This document shows positions 12,501-24,500 of a stretch of DNA of 64,000 nucleotides, piece after piece. Under the pieces are notes generated by a model that ran no database searches, was not told where the DNA came from, and saw only the letters and a list, made by a program, of their open reading frames with translations. Location of the stretch: NCBI RefSeq assembly GCF_902652985.1, contig NC_047024.1, forward strand, positions 23,312,001 to 23,376,000, read 5' to 3'. The translations under genes were made by a program, and so were the position numbers. The DNA comes from Pecten maximus (lineage: Eukaryota). Every line of letters starts with the position of its first letter. Within the stretch, counting starts at the first letter, position 1.

Positions 12501-15500
12501 TATTGTATGAACCTGAGTGATCCATGTAATCCATTAATAGCAATCGTTCATTACATATTTATTTTCAGGTCGATGGAACTAAAGCACACAGATATGTTTC
12601 ATAAATATTTCATGCAGCCTCCAATATTGAATTTGTTGGGAAAAAATAAATAAAAACAATTGAAACTATTTCAAAAAGCATTTGTGTGTCACCGATGCGA
12701 TTCAAAAAGATAGAAATCAAACAAACAACATGGAGATATGTGTAAAAAGTCATGAAAAAATCAATCGAAATATTTTTCTAGATGATGTATGGTTGCGTTC
12801 GGCATGCTTTGAGCAAGTGGTTGAGTCGGTCTGTTAGACAGGTTTATATGTGCAGCCATTAATAATTCATTATAATTGAAACCTAGAGCAGGAATCGTGA
12901 ACAGCTAGGCCGCGAGCGATCCGACTTCTGACCATATCCTGTGTACTAGCTATTTCAGTAACACCCTGAGATTGTTAAAGTGCACTTGGTATGCCAGCCA
13001 TGCCATTACTCGGGGTCTCTCATGTGAAGGCGAGTTCTAACCCTTCTTTCTTACAAATAAACCCTAGAGAATAAGAAAAAGTCTCCGCCAAGTTAAGTCT
13101 TGCCGTATTTGACCCAAGGATAAGCCCATGCCCATTAATAAGTCCGGGCCGAACTTCCTGATTTTTGTGGATTTGAAGTATTGTTTGCGGATGCAATATT
13201 CTGGATATCTTCATTTGTAACGAGACTAGGCTTTTAGATTGTACTTATTTCCCCAAACAAAGGTGATTGATATTTACTTCTTCTCTGAAGCTGCTGGTCA
13301 AATTCAAGTTAAACTGCACAATAAATTTACCAAGGAATAAAGTAGATCTATTTTCATTTTTCACCACTGTGCCTCTGTGGCTACTACTGCCTCTGATTGG
13401 TCTTTAGGTTTTCTTTGATTTTGAAAATACATGTGTTTCATTTGTAGATGTAATAAAACACAACAAACTATCGCAATTTTAATAGGAATCATTTTGATTG
13501 CATTAGGGTAGCTTTTGAGATTTATAACATTGAGAGCTTGTTATTTATAAATATTTTAACTGAAAAATTCCATATTCTTCTCAAATTTAAATATATAATT
13601 TTCTCTCAATTGATCAATTTCAACAGGTGAATGGAGAAGACTTAACTCAGGCTTCTCACTACCAGGCTCAACAACTTTTAGGCCAGTACTATCCAGTCTG
13701 TAGGCTGACAGTGTATAGGGAGAAGGCAGAGGAGAGTCGGCCTATAGAGAAGGAAGGTAGGTATATATAGGTCTGTAGGCTGACAGTGTTTAGAGAGAAG
13801 GCGGAGGAGAGTCGGCCTATAGAGAAGGAAGGTAGGTATATATAGGTCTGTAGGCTGACAGTGTATAGAGAGAAGGCAGAGGAGAGTCGGCCTATAGAGA
13901 AGGAAGGTAGGTATATATAGGTCTGTAGGCTGACAGTGTATAGAGAGAAGGCGGAGGAGAGTCGGCCTATAGAGAAGGAAGGTAGATATATATCGGTCTG
14001 TAGGCTGACAGTGTATAGAGAGGAGGCGGAGGAGAGGAGGCCTATAGAGAAGGAAGGTAGGTATATATAGGTCTGTAGGCTGACAGTGTATAGAGAGAAT
14101 TAAGGCGGAGGAGAGTCGGCCTATAGAGAAGGAAGGTAGGTATATATAGGTCTGTAGGCTGACAGTGTATAGAGAGAATTAAGGCGGAGGAGAGTCGGCC
14201 TATAGAGAAGGAAGGTAGGTATATATAGGTCTGTAGGCTGACAGTGTATAGGGAGAAGGCGGAGGAGAGTCGGCCTATAGAGAAGGAAGGTAGGTATATA
14301 TAGGTCTGTAGGCTGACAGTGTATAGGGAGAAGGCGGAGGAGAGTCGGCCTATAGAGAAGGAAGGTAGGTATATATAGGTCTGTAGGCTGACAGTGTATA
14401 GGGAGAAGGCGGAGGGGAGTCGGCCTATAGCAGTGATCACCATTACCTGTTTAAGCGTGGCGCCCCGCATGTAATTTGTTACCTTACACCCCTATTTTAT
14501 ATCGATTCCCAGCGGTTAACTGACCCGTTTCTATAGCGTTCGGTACATTATACCGATCGCGACCTCGTGGTAAGGTGTTACAGTTATGTTTTGATACGGT
14601 CGACTGACCTCTCGATCAGAACTGTCGGTAATAATTGATGACCAATAGAAGGTCTAATGTTTTGACCATGCAAACGGGAGATGTTGTGATAGTATGGCTT
14701 CCGTCGGGACATCTGAGAAAATGTATACCATCGACATCAGAAAAACCGACGATCCGACAAGATTCTATTTTCACAAGAATTGATATTCAGCGTGGATATT
14801 ATCAAAACGCAAGCCAATATTTTAGAAGCATGGATACAGTTTTGAAAATTTCACGGCATTTTCACCATGAAGAGAGGAGCAGATCAGACATCCATCAGCT
14901 CCTTTTTTGGAACTCCGTCCAAACGACAAGCGATTGAAACGAGCGATGGAAAACCTGCAAACAACAGCCCGAAATCGACTAAACACCGAGATGCATTTTA
15001 TAAGCCATGGCTACAGAAGTACACATGGATTGTGCATGAAGATGACGAAGGTAAGCTTAAAATTATCCAACATTAGTTTGATTGATTAATTAGTGAATAT
15101 TTCGTGTTGTCATTTATTTTCTTGTCACGTGCTATTTTTAGAAAGTATCATTAGACATTAGAGTGATGTCCCTTTCCAAACGTTCTCAAAACGTCCTATA
15201 ATATAAATCATCTCAGAATCTCTCCAAAATCTCTGTAATTTTTTATTCAATAACTATTATCTATCTTGGAATGTGATTTTCTTATTATTGTTAATTATAA
15301 TAAGTTTATTGGAATGCCAAGTATAATATGTAATTAATGTACTGATATTTTTAAAAAGATCTCACTAATCATTTATAATTTTTTTTTCATAAATTTATTA
15401 ATTTTTAATTATTTGGCTGATTACAATTAGTCTTTTATAAAATTGAATTTTGAATATTTAACTATCATTCAGTGGTTGAATATCATATGTGATATCTTTT

Positions 15501-18500
15501 TGTCTATTTTAAATAAGCAAATATAAAAAAGATTGATATGATTCTATATAATAATATAGAAATACCTCAATATTGTTTTCTTATTAAATAGGCATGTTCT
15601 GTGCTCTGTGCACAAAACATAAGCAACTTCCAAGGAATGGCAGCACAAGCTGGATTAAGACACCTTGCCAGTCCTACAGGGAAGATGCTATTAGGAGGCA
15701 TCAAGATTCAACATGCCATATTGTTGAAATTATGTTGTGTATTTAAATAATATTACATTCTTGTCATTAAATAGTTGCTATATAAGTTGATTTGTAGATT
15801 TGTATAACTATTATAGATCTATGTAATAGTTGCTATTAATATAATTTAAGTTAATTTATTTAGATATTATAGTGCAATTATTAAATAATTGAAATGTTTT
15901 ATCTTTAAACTTGACAATGTATTATGATCTTGATATGAATGTTTATTTATACCAGTAATAGTTGGTATTTAAGTTTTATTTAATGTTATATAAGTATTAG
16001 TATAGTGAGATGGAACTTAGATTGGTTTTGTAAAAGTAAATTAATCAGAGTGAGAAATGTATGCATGTTAATAGTAGTTTTTTTATCAAAAAATGTTTCA
16101 ATTTACAAGCCTATGTAATATGGAAATGAGTGGATGAATGATGGAAATACATATTTAATTAGAACTGAATAAAACAATGTAATTTAATCTCTTTTCTTAT
16201 TGTCATTATTGATGTTATTTCTCAAAACGCTGCAACGCGATACTTCACGACAACCACGAAAGTACATAATCACGCAAAAACAAATTGAGGAAATTTTTTC
16301 CTCCACCCATCATTTTGAAATTGTGGTGATCCCTGTATAGAGAAGGAAGGTAGGTATATATAGGTCTGTAGGCTGACAGTGTATAGAGAGAAGGCAGAGG
16401 AGAGTCGGCCTATAGAGAAGGAAGGTAGGTATATATAGGTCTGTAGGCTGACAGTGTATAGAGAGAAGGCAGAGGAGAGTCGGCCTATAGAGAAGGAAGG
16501 TAGGTATATATAGGTCTGTAGGCTGACAGTGTATAGGGTATTCTTGAAGTCAATTGAAATCCACACAGGCCCTGGCTCTGATTGTGTGCCAGAAAATAAG
16601 CAAATATGGTTAACAGTGAAATATGGAAAGATCAGAAATAGAATAATGTGTCTGGCTATTTACTTTGTTACAAGCTTACATTAAAGGAGAGACATAGCTA
16701 AGGTCATACATGCTGGTCAAGGCAATCACAAGCTATATAACACAAGCATCTGTCACGACAAAGGTCACATTCATCTTCTAGCACACAAAGGGGAATAACT
16801 CTATTTGAGCAATGAGAAATTATTTCATTGAATTGAAACATTTCTATACGATTGGAATACAGAATGGTAGTAATAGAAATGAAGTTTGGCATTTCTGCAT
16901 TGCAGTTTTGTTTCAGATAATTAACCATAATTGATATTATTTGATATGTACAGGAATGCTATATGAGATTTGCTCATTTCATTCAATTTTATGATGTCTC
17001 CTGTTCGAAGGAAGGGAGACATATTGCATTAGTACTGGTTGTTCGTCTTCTAGTTCTTCTAATAGTCTATTGTCTGGGCCATAACTTCTAAACCGTTGGA
17101 GATATCTTTACCAAACATGCAGCATACTTGCATCTCCTAAAGCCAATATGCATTCTTAACTGTAATGTTGAAGATATCTTTTTGAAACTTGCATTACTTA
17201 AATTCAATGTATAATGCACTGCTGCAAGGTCACTTATTCTCAAGGTCAAAGTGCAAATTCTTTTAATAGTTTCTTATCAAGCGATACTTTTTAATTGCTG
17301 TATAGCTTAGATCTCTCCCCACTGATGTAATGTAGTGTTCTGTCTTTGGATCATTGGGACTTTGACTTTCATGAATTCTCAATAAAGTCTATTATTAGTA
17401 TAAGTGTCAAAGAGATACTTTTGCATTGTCCTGTAATAAGCCCACCTTTACTTTGAATGGAAGATTATGTGATTATGTCTCCTAGAAAAATATTTTAATA
17501 AACTAACATCCTGGGTGACACAGAACTACACCGAACTTTTTACACAAACATTGGATCTCCCACCTCCCTATAACATCCTGTTTGTAAGTCAAGGTTAGAA
17601 TTGTTAATATTTTGTTGATACATGATATACTTCTTCAGAAGGGACATTTTACCTACCATATATATATGTATATATAAAGTTGTCTTCCTTCGTCATTTGT
17701 GTTGCTAAGTTACATATCTATTTATTAGCACAATGTATCATATACACTATGTGTTGGTGATCCAAAGATATAGATTTGAATTTCCTGTCGTAGTTGTACC
17801 GAGAGAAATATATATAATATATGTACAATTCGTATTCATGTATGTAAATACATTGCGATCCAGGTATTCATATCATCTTATAGACGACTTCCACAATGAT
17901 CATGTCAGGGTATCGGGCTGACCATCACTGCGCCATTGAAACGTTCTTTTTAAGAACGCCGATGTGGCGCAGCGGTATAAGCTGCGGGTATTTCTGGCTA
18001 GGCGATTGGGTGCCGTAGATCGTGAGTTCGAGGCCCGGTAAGGGCACGAGTCAAAAAGTTGTCTTCCTTCGTCATTTGTGTTGCTAAGTTACATATATAT
18101 ATATATATATAAATAACAAAAAAACAAGTCTTTGCCGCTACGCCTTTCTGCCCTCTCAGGTTCTTCAGGCAGCCTATAGAGAAGTCCACCTGATGAAGCC
18201 TGAGAGGGCAGAAAGGCCGAGTGGCAAAATCTAGTTTTTTTGTTATTTTCTATATGTTAACCATCGCAAGGACAGATTCTTGCCATGCACGGTTCTGAAC
18301 TATTCCACCATTTATGTACTTACAGAAATTCTTAAAATAACACTCAACAAAGTCAAGGGCAGACAACTAGGTATCAAGCTTGTTGGCAAAAGGTGAGTGC
18401 TTTCTCTCTTTCATTTGTTAAGTTGAAATATTTTACAATTTCACAATAAAATGATTATCAAAATTCTAAAAAAAAACTGTCAAGCTGAGAAGCTAGAAAA

Positions 18501-21500
18501 ACTGGCTAAGCTGAATAGCTAAAATATAATCAAACAAGTCATATTTTTTTAGGACCATACAATAAAACATAATACTGTAACATCTGGCAATGTTGTTTAA
18601 ATTCTAGAATGGATATTAAATATTGTATGTGAGCATGAAGATTCAGATTTTGTGTGATATGTAAATTGAACATTTTCTTATTTATTCTTTCAGAAGTGGT
18701 CCTGGTGTTTATATTTTAAGTTTGGTAAGTTTTAGTCAAAAATGAAAGGTACTCAAATAATATATATATATATACTTACATATATGTCACCTTGGTAAGA
18801 TACAAGTCTGCTTCCTACCAACTCTAAAATTAGCTTAATAAGTTACCTGAGACAAAGTTTAAGTGACCTATATTAAATGAAATGAAATTTCAAAAATCTT
18901 CTTATTACCCAAATAGGTAAATCAAATACTCTTCAAAGATGGAAAGGTTTTAATGTGCTTTGCCAAAATTTGGAATATCATGATCCTGGGGTCTCACATT
19001 TCTAATAGGTTTTGAAACATAACGAAGGCATGGGAAAATACTGATCTTTATTGGATGAATTAAAGCAAACAAAAAAGAAAAAAAAAGAAAATAATGATCT
19101 AAGAAATATTGAAGTACTTATCCATGTTACATGTAAGTCAGGAATCCTTGGTTCAATCCCTTGAGCAGACATATCTAATGATAGTACAAGTATTTCTCTG
19201 TAGCTGTCTGCCTTGTGTTAGAAAAACTTTTATTTTCTTTTATCATTTTATCTTTTGTCAGTTTTCAGCTGCATATCGTGATGTATTGACGGCTGTGCCT
19301 CATATGTAAATTAAAGAAGTTCATTAAGATTTATTTACATTGAAGGTAGCGGAAAGTTTGGCCGCTATGGATGAGCGACTTCGGCCGGATGATCGAGTAC
19401 TAGAAATAAACGGCATTGATGTTTCGTATGGCACGCAAGAGCAGGCTGCTCATATAATACAGGTAAGCATCGACATGTAGAAATGTGCATGTAAACATAT
19501 ACCTACAGATTTGAAAAAATGATATGCATTTCATCTAAAATTAGAATTATTCTAATTGAAATTTTTGTGAAGCAAATCACTTTAGCCAGAGTCTGGTAGG
19601 ACAATAAAATGAAACAAAATAAATAAATAAATAAATAAAATCTAACTCAGAATCAATAAATGATGGTAAAATATAAACAAAAATATAGATTTGCACGGAG
19701 AACCTCGAAAAAGTAACACGGAGAATAAGACCAGGTGTTCCGGAAGAGTTAGCATCTTCTGTTTCAACAATATTCACCATACAGGTCATATCACATCAAG
19801 TCCCATTCTCAAAATGAGAATTAGGGTAGTGACAACAGAACTACTAGGTATATCAACAAACATAAAAAAAAGGATATTTCCAAATGAAATCATGTTTACC
19901 ATAAAACTTTCCCCACGGTCTTCATCAACCTACATCTCTCAAAAGTGAAGGAACTGATAGGATGATTATTTACATGTTATTGATGCTGTTCCAGACAAGT
20001 GCTGATAAAGTGCAATTTGTGATTTCCCGACGAAGTCGTCCTCAGACTCCCGACCTTATTCGATCTACCTCCGACAACTCAACAACAGCGACGAACTACA
20101 GTATGATACGTGATAACACTCCCTCGTGTCAAAAGTGTCACGAACGTCTCGTCACCGTCACCAAGGTAATATCCAGAAGCAGGCCGATTGATGTGGTGTG
20201 GGAAAATGCAGTAATGCTTTTGAAGGAAGGGAGACAACTCTCATTATTTAATGCTAGAAATCTCTCTTGATCTGTGCATGCTGTCTTGTATCTGATAAAC
20301 CCATGATGCAGTGAGAATATTTACCCTCAGTTTCATGATTTACCACCAATAATCTTGTGTAGGCTTTTTCCTGTTGCCCAATTCCTATTAAATGTGCCAG
20401 GTACATTGTTTAGTGCAATGAAATGAGATCAAATCCTTCCTATATGATCTTTTCATAATAATCTACATCAGGTGAAGAATAAAAATAAGGTTTTAGAGTT
20501 CTAAGAATTATCTATCAGATATTACTGGACTGAGTAAGTAGCTGTGATTTTGTCCGCTGATATTTCATACATTCTTCATCTTCTTCAAATGGCCATCACC
20601 AAGAAGACGGAGACCTTACCTAAATTTTGTGAAAAACAAAAATTTAACAAAACTAAAAATAATTACCTGTATGTAGTAGACATGCAGTATAACGATCTTT
20701 TGTAATTTTTATTTTTTTTTTTCTTTAATAAATGTCTGACCTATAGTATAGGAGTTATCCAGGCTTATACCTCCAGCAGACAGACGGCCAGACAGACAGA
20801 CGGACGGACGGACGGACGGACGGACGGACAGACAGACAGACAGATTAACTTTGATGTCATTATTAAGTCATGTCTATGTTACAAATCTTGAGTGGTATAT
20901 CGTATTTTAACAATTGTAGGACCCGCTAGAGACACTGGGGATCAGTGTGGCAGGCGGACTGGACAGCCCCCGTGGGGACACGCCCATCTACGTCACAAAC
21001 ATCAACCCTCTTGGATCACTTGGCCGCACCAAGCAAATTAAGGTATGGCCCATACATGCAATCAGGTAACCAAGTCGGCTTTGGTAACACAAGAATCGTA
21101 CCCTTAGAGACGAGATCACCATTTCTCTTACCATGGACAGATATATTCTTAATTTTACCAATGTGATATTTTCTTTTCGTATCACATGCTCATGACTTTA
21201 TGACATATCATCAATAATTCAGTCGCGTCACATCAGCATTGTCTTACATGGATGTATTATCGATATGAGATACAGGAGACGGTTAACAGGGTACATATAT
21301 AGCTTATACCGTGGACAAGGATATCTCAACCCTCGTGTAAGAGTTTGGCTCGTAAACATGAGGCTTGGCCAGGTGCTGGCCAGCCAAACTCTTACACTAG
21401 AGTTGAGATCCGTTATTTTTCTCACACACTTAAGAAAAAAAAGTAACTAATTGCACTGTGTTGCGAAACCTTTTCAATGCACCATAATCAACTTCCGATT

Positions 21501-24500
21501 AAATGTGCGTTGAAAAGATTGACATTGTCAATTTGGGACATAGTTACGCTACATAAAATGATGTTGCTACGCTATCGTGAGTATTGTCACAGTGTGTGTC
21601 AGCTGTCTTTCCTTACCCAGTATGAAATTAATTTATCCCATGTCTAGCAACCACAGAATCACCCTCAGAATCACCCTGTGAAGTACTATGTGAGAAATCC
21701 CTATCCATGGTATAGGCCTATATAAGGTTCTATACGTTTCTCCATCTCAAAATTTGGATGAGATACGCAAATCTCAAAATGATGTAGTATGTCTAGGATA
21801 AGAGAAATTTATATCATGATTTATTTTCTCCCTCCTGACTAGGATTTGTGTTGTTGAAAAACCAACACTGACATTGAGGATACAACAAAAAGATCATGTC
21901 AGTGATGTTATAGGGATATTATACCGACATTCTCTCATTCTAGACCATATCAGTGATGTTAGGGACATCATACAGCAGTTCCGTCCTTCTAGGACTCGTC
22001 AGTGATGTCAGGGACATCATACAGCAGTTCTGTCCTTCTAGGACTCGTCAGTGATGTTAGGGACATCATACAGCAGTTCTGTCCTTCTAGGACTCGTCAG
22101 TGATGTCAGGGACATCATACAGCAGTTCCGTCTTTCGAGGCCTTGTCTGTGATGCTTAGGGACATCATACCGCTGGTTCGTCCTTCTAATCGTGATTCAT
22201 TTTCTCCCTCCTGACTAGGATTTGTGTTGTTAACAAAACAACACTGACATTGAGGATACAACAAAATAGAGAGAGGAAATTAAAGATAAAGAATGACTTG
22301 TTCTAAATCATTGTATTGTATTTCCTACAGAAAGGGGACATCCTTCTCTCTATCAACGGGTCAAGTCTGCTCGGACTTACACATAACCAGGCGGTCAGTC
22401 TGGTGAAGATCAACACGGACAACAAAGTGGTCTGTCTGAAGATCATCAACGGTCCGGAGACATCTCACAATCAGGGCAACTTCACACCAACATGGCTGTT
22501 CTGGCAACAAATGCCGAGGTAAGAGGAACTGGCTGAATGACATTTTTATAGAGAACTGGATAACTTAAAGATGGAAGGATTATACAAAACATATACACTG
22601 TACACAAGATATTAGCACCTTTAAAAATGAATTGAGAGTTAGATATAGTAGAGTCAGATTGAGTTGAACTGTATCATGTAACTGTTTCATCCTTCTAGGA
22701 CTCTTTAGTGATGTAATACAGCTGTTTTGTCCTTCTAGAACATGATAGTGATGTTAGGGACATCATACAGCTATTTTGTCCTTCTAGAACATGACAGTGA
22801 TGTTAGGGACATCATACAGCTGTTTCGTCGTTCTAGAACATGTCAGTGATGTTAGGGACATCATACAGCTATTTCTTTCGTCTAGGACACGTCAGTATAT
22901 TAGGGAATATCATACAGCTGTTTCATCCTTCTAGGCCTTGCTAGGGACATCGTAGAGCTGTTTAATAATTTTGTCCTTCTAGGACACGCCAGTGATGTTA
23001 GTGACATCATACAGCTGTTTCATCCTTCTAGGCCTTGTCAGTGATGTTAGGGACATCATACAACTGTTTCATCCTTCTAGGCCTCGCCAGTGATGTTAGG
23101 GACATCATACAACTGTTCTGTCCTTCTAGGACTCGTCAGTGATGTTATTGACATCATACAGCTGTTTCATCCTTCTAGGCCTTATCAGTGATGTTGGGGA
23201 CATCATACAACTGTTCTGTCCTTCTAGGACTCGTCAGTGATGTTAGGGACATCATACAGCTGTTTCATCCTTCTAGGCCTTGTCAGTGATGTTAGGGACA
23301 TCATACAACAGTTTCATCCTTCTAGGCCTTGTCAGTGATGTTAGGGACATCATACAACTGTTCTGTCCTTCTAGGACTTGTCAGTGATGTTAGAGACATC
23401 ATACAACTGTTTCATCCTTCTAGGCCTTGTCAGTGATGTTAGGGACATCATACCGCCGTTCTGTCATTCTAGACCATATCAGTGATGTCAGGGACATCAT
23501 ACAGCAGTTCTGTCCTTCTAGGCCTTGTCAGTGATGTTGGGGACATCATACAGCTGGTTCGTCCTTCTAGGACTCGTCAGTGATGTTAGGGACATCTTAC
23601 AACTGTTTCGTCCTTCTAGGCCTTGTCAGTGATGTTAGGGACATCATACAACTGTTTCATCCTTCTAGGCCTTGTCAGTGATGTTAGGGACATCATACAA
23701 CTGTTTGTCCTTCTAGGATTCGTTAGTGATGTTAGGGACATCATACAACTGTTTCATCCTTCTAGGCCTTGTCAGTGATGTTAGAGACATCATACAACTG
23801 TTTCATCCTTCTAGGCCTTGTCAGTGATGTTAGGGACATCATACCGCCGTTCTGTCATTCTAGACCATATCAGTGATGTCAGGGACATCATACAGCAGTT
23901 CTGTCCTTCTAGGCCTTGTCAGTGATGTTGGGGACATCATACAGCTGGTTCGTCCTTCTAGGACTCGTCAGTGATGTTAGGGACATCTTACAACTGTTTC
24001 GTCCTTCTAGGCCTTGTCAGTGATGTCAGGGACATCATACAACTGTTCTGTCCTTCTAGGCCTTGTCAGTGATGTTAGGGACATCATACAACTGTTTCAT
24101 CCTTCTAGGACACGTCAGTGATGTTAGGGACATCATACCACCGTTCTGTCCTTCTAGGACTCGTCAGTGATGTTAGGGACATCATACAGCTGGTTCGTCC
24201 TTCTAGGACACATTAGTGATGCTTAGGGGCTGAAGTGAACAGGGTGTCTAAACTCAAAAAAGGCCAAAACAAAAATTAGCATCTTGACCGGCAAGTGAAA
24301 ATGACCAGTTTCAATTGTATTGTAGTTTAGTTCACGTATATATATACTGAATGATGTCACCTTTCAAATGAATTAAAACTTGACAAGCAGGGTACAATAA
24401 ACTACATGGACTAGAATCAGCAGTGTCTACCACCTACAATCCCATAGTATTGTACAAAAGGCACACAATATATTATCACCATTCAAAACAAATTTACAAT

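Larger units (their letters stand above)
13696..16538 (+). repeat. 75-bp tandem array made of the last 61 nt of an LNX exon plus 14 nt of intron; 12 copies and a partial, split by a transposon
   Basis: Units start at 13696 (in the exon), 13771, 13846, 13921, 13996, 14071, 14150, 14229, 14304, 14379, 16364, 16439 and 16514 (partial). Confidence 0.96.

Noticed and set aside
14042-14470. Minus-strand 142-aa repetitive ORF (and 16270..16566)
   Set aside because: It is the antisense reading of the 75-bp array, open only because the unit is a multiple of three.
18172-18184. 13-nt match (gcctatagagaag) between the hammerhead spacer and the 75-bp exon repeat
   Set aside because: Too short to exclude chance in a 64-kb window.
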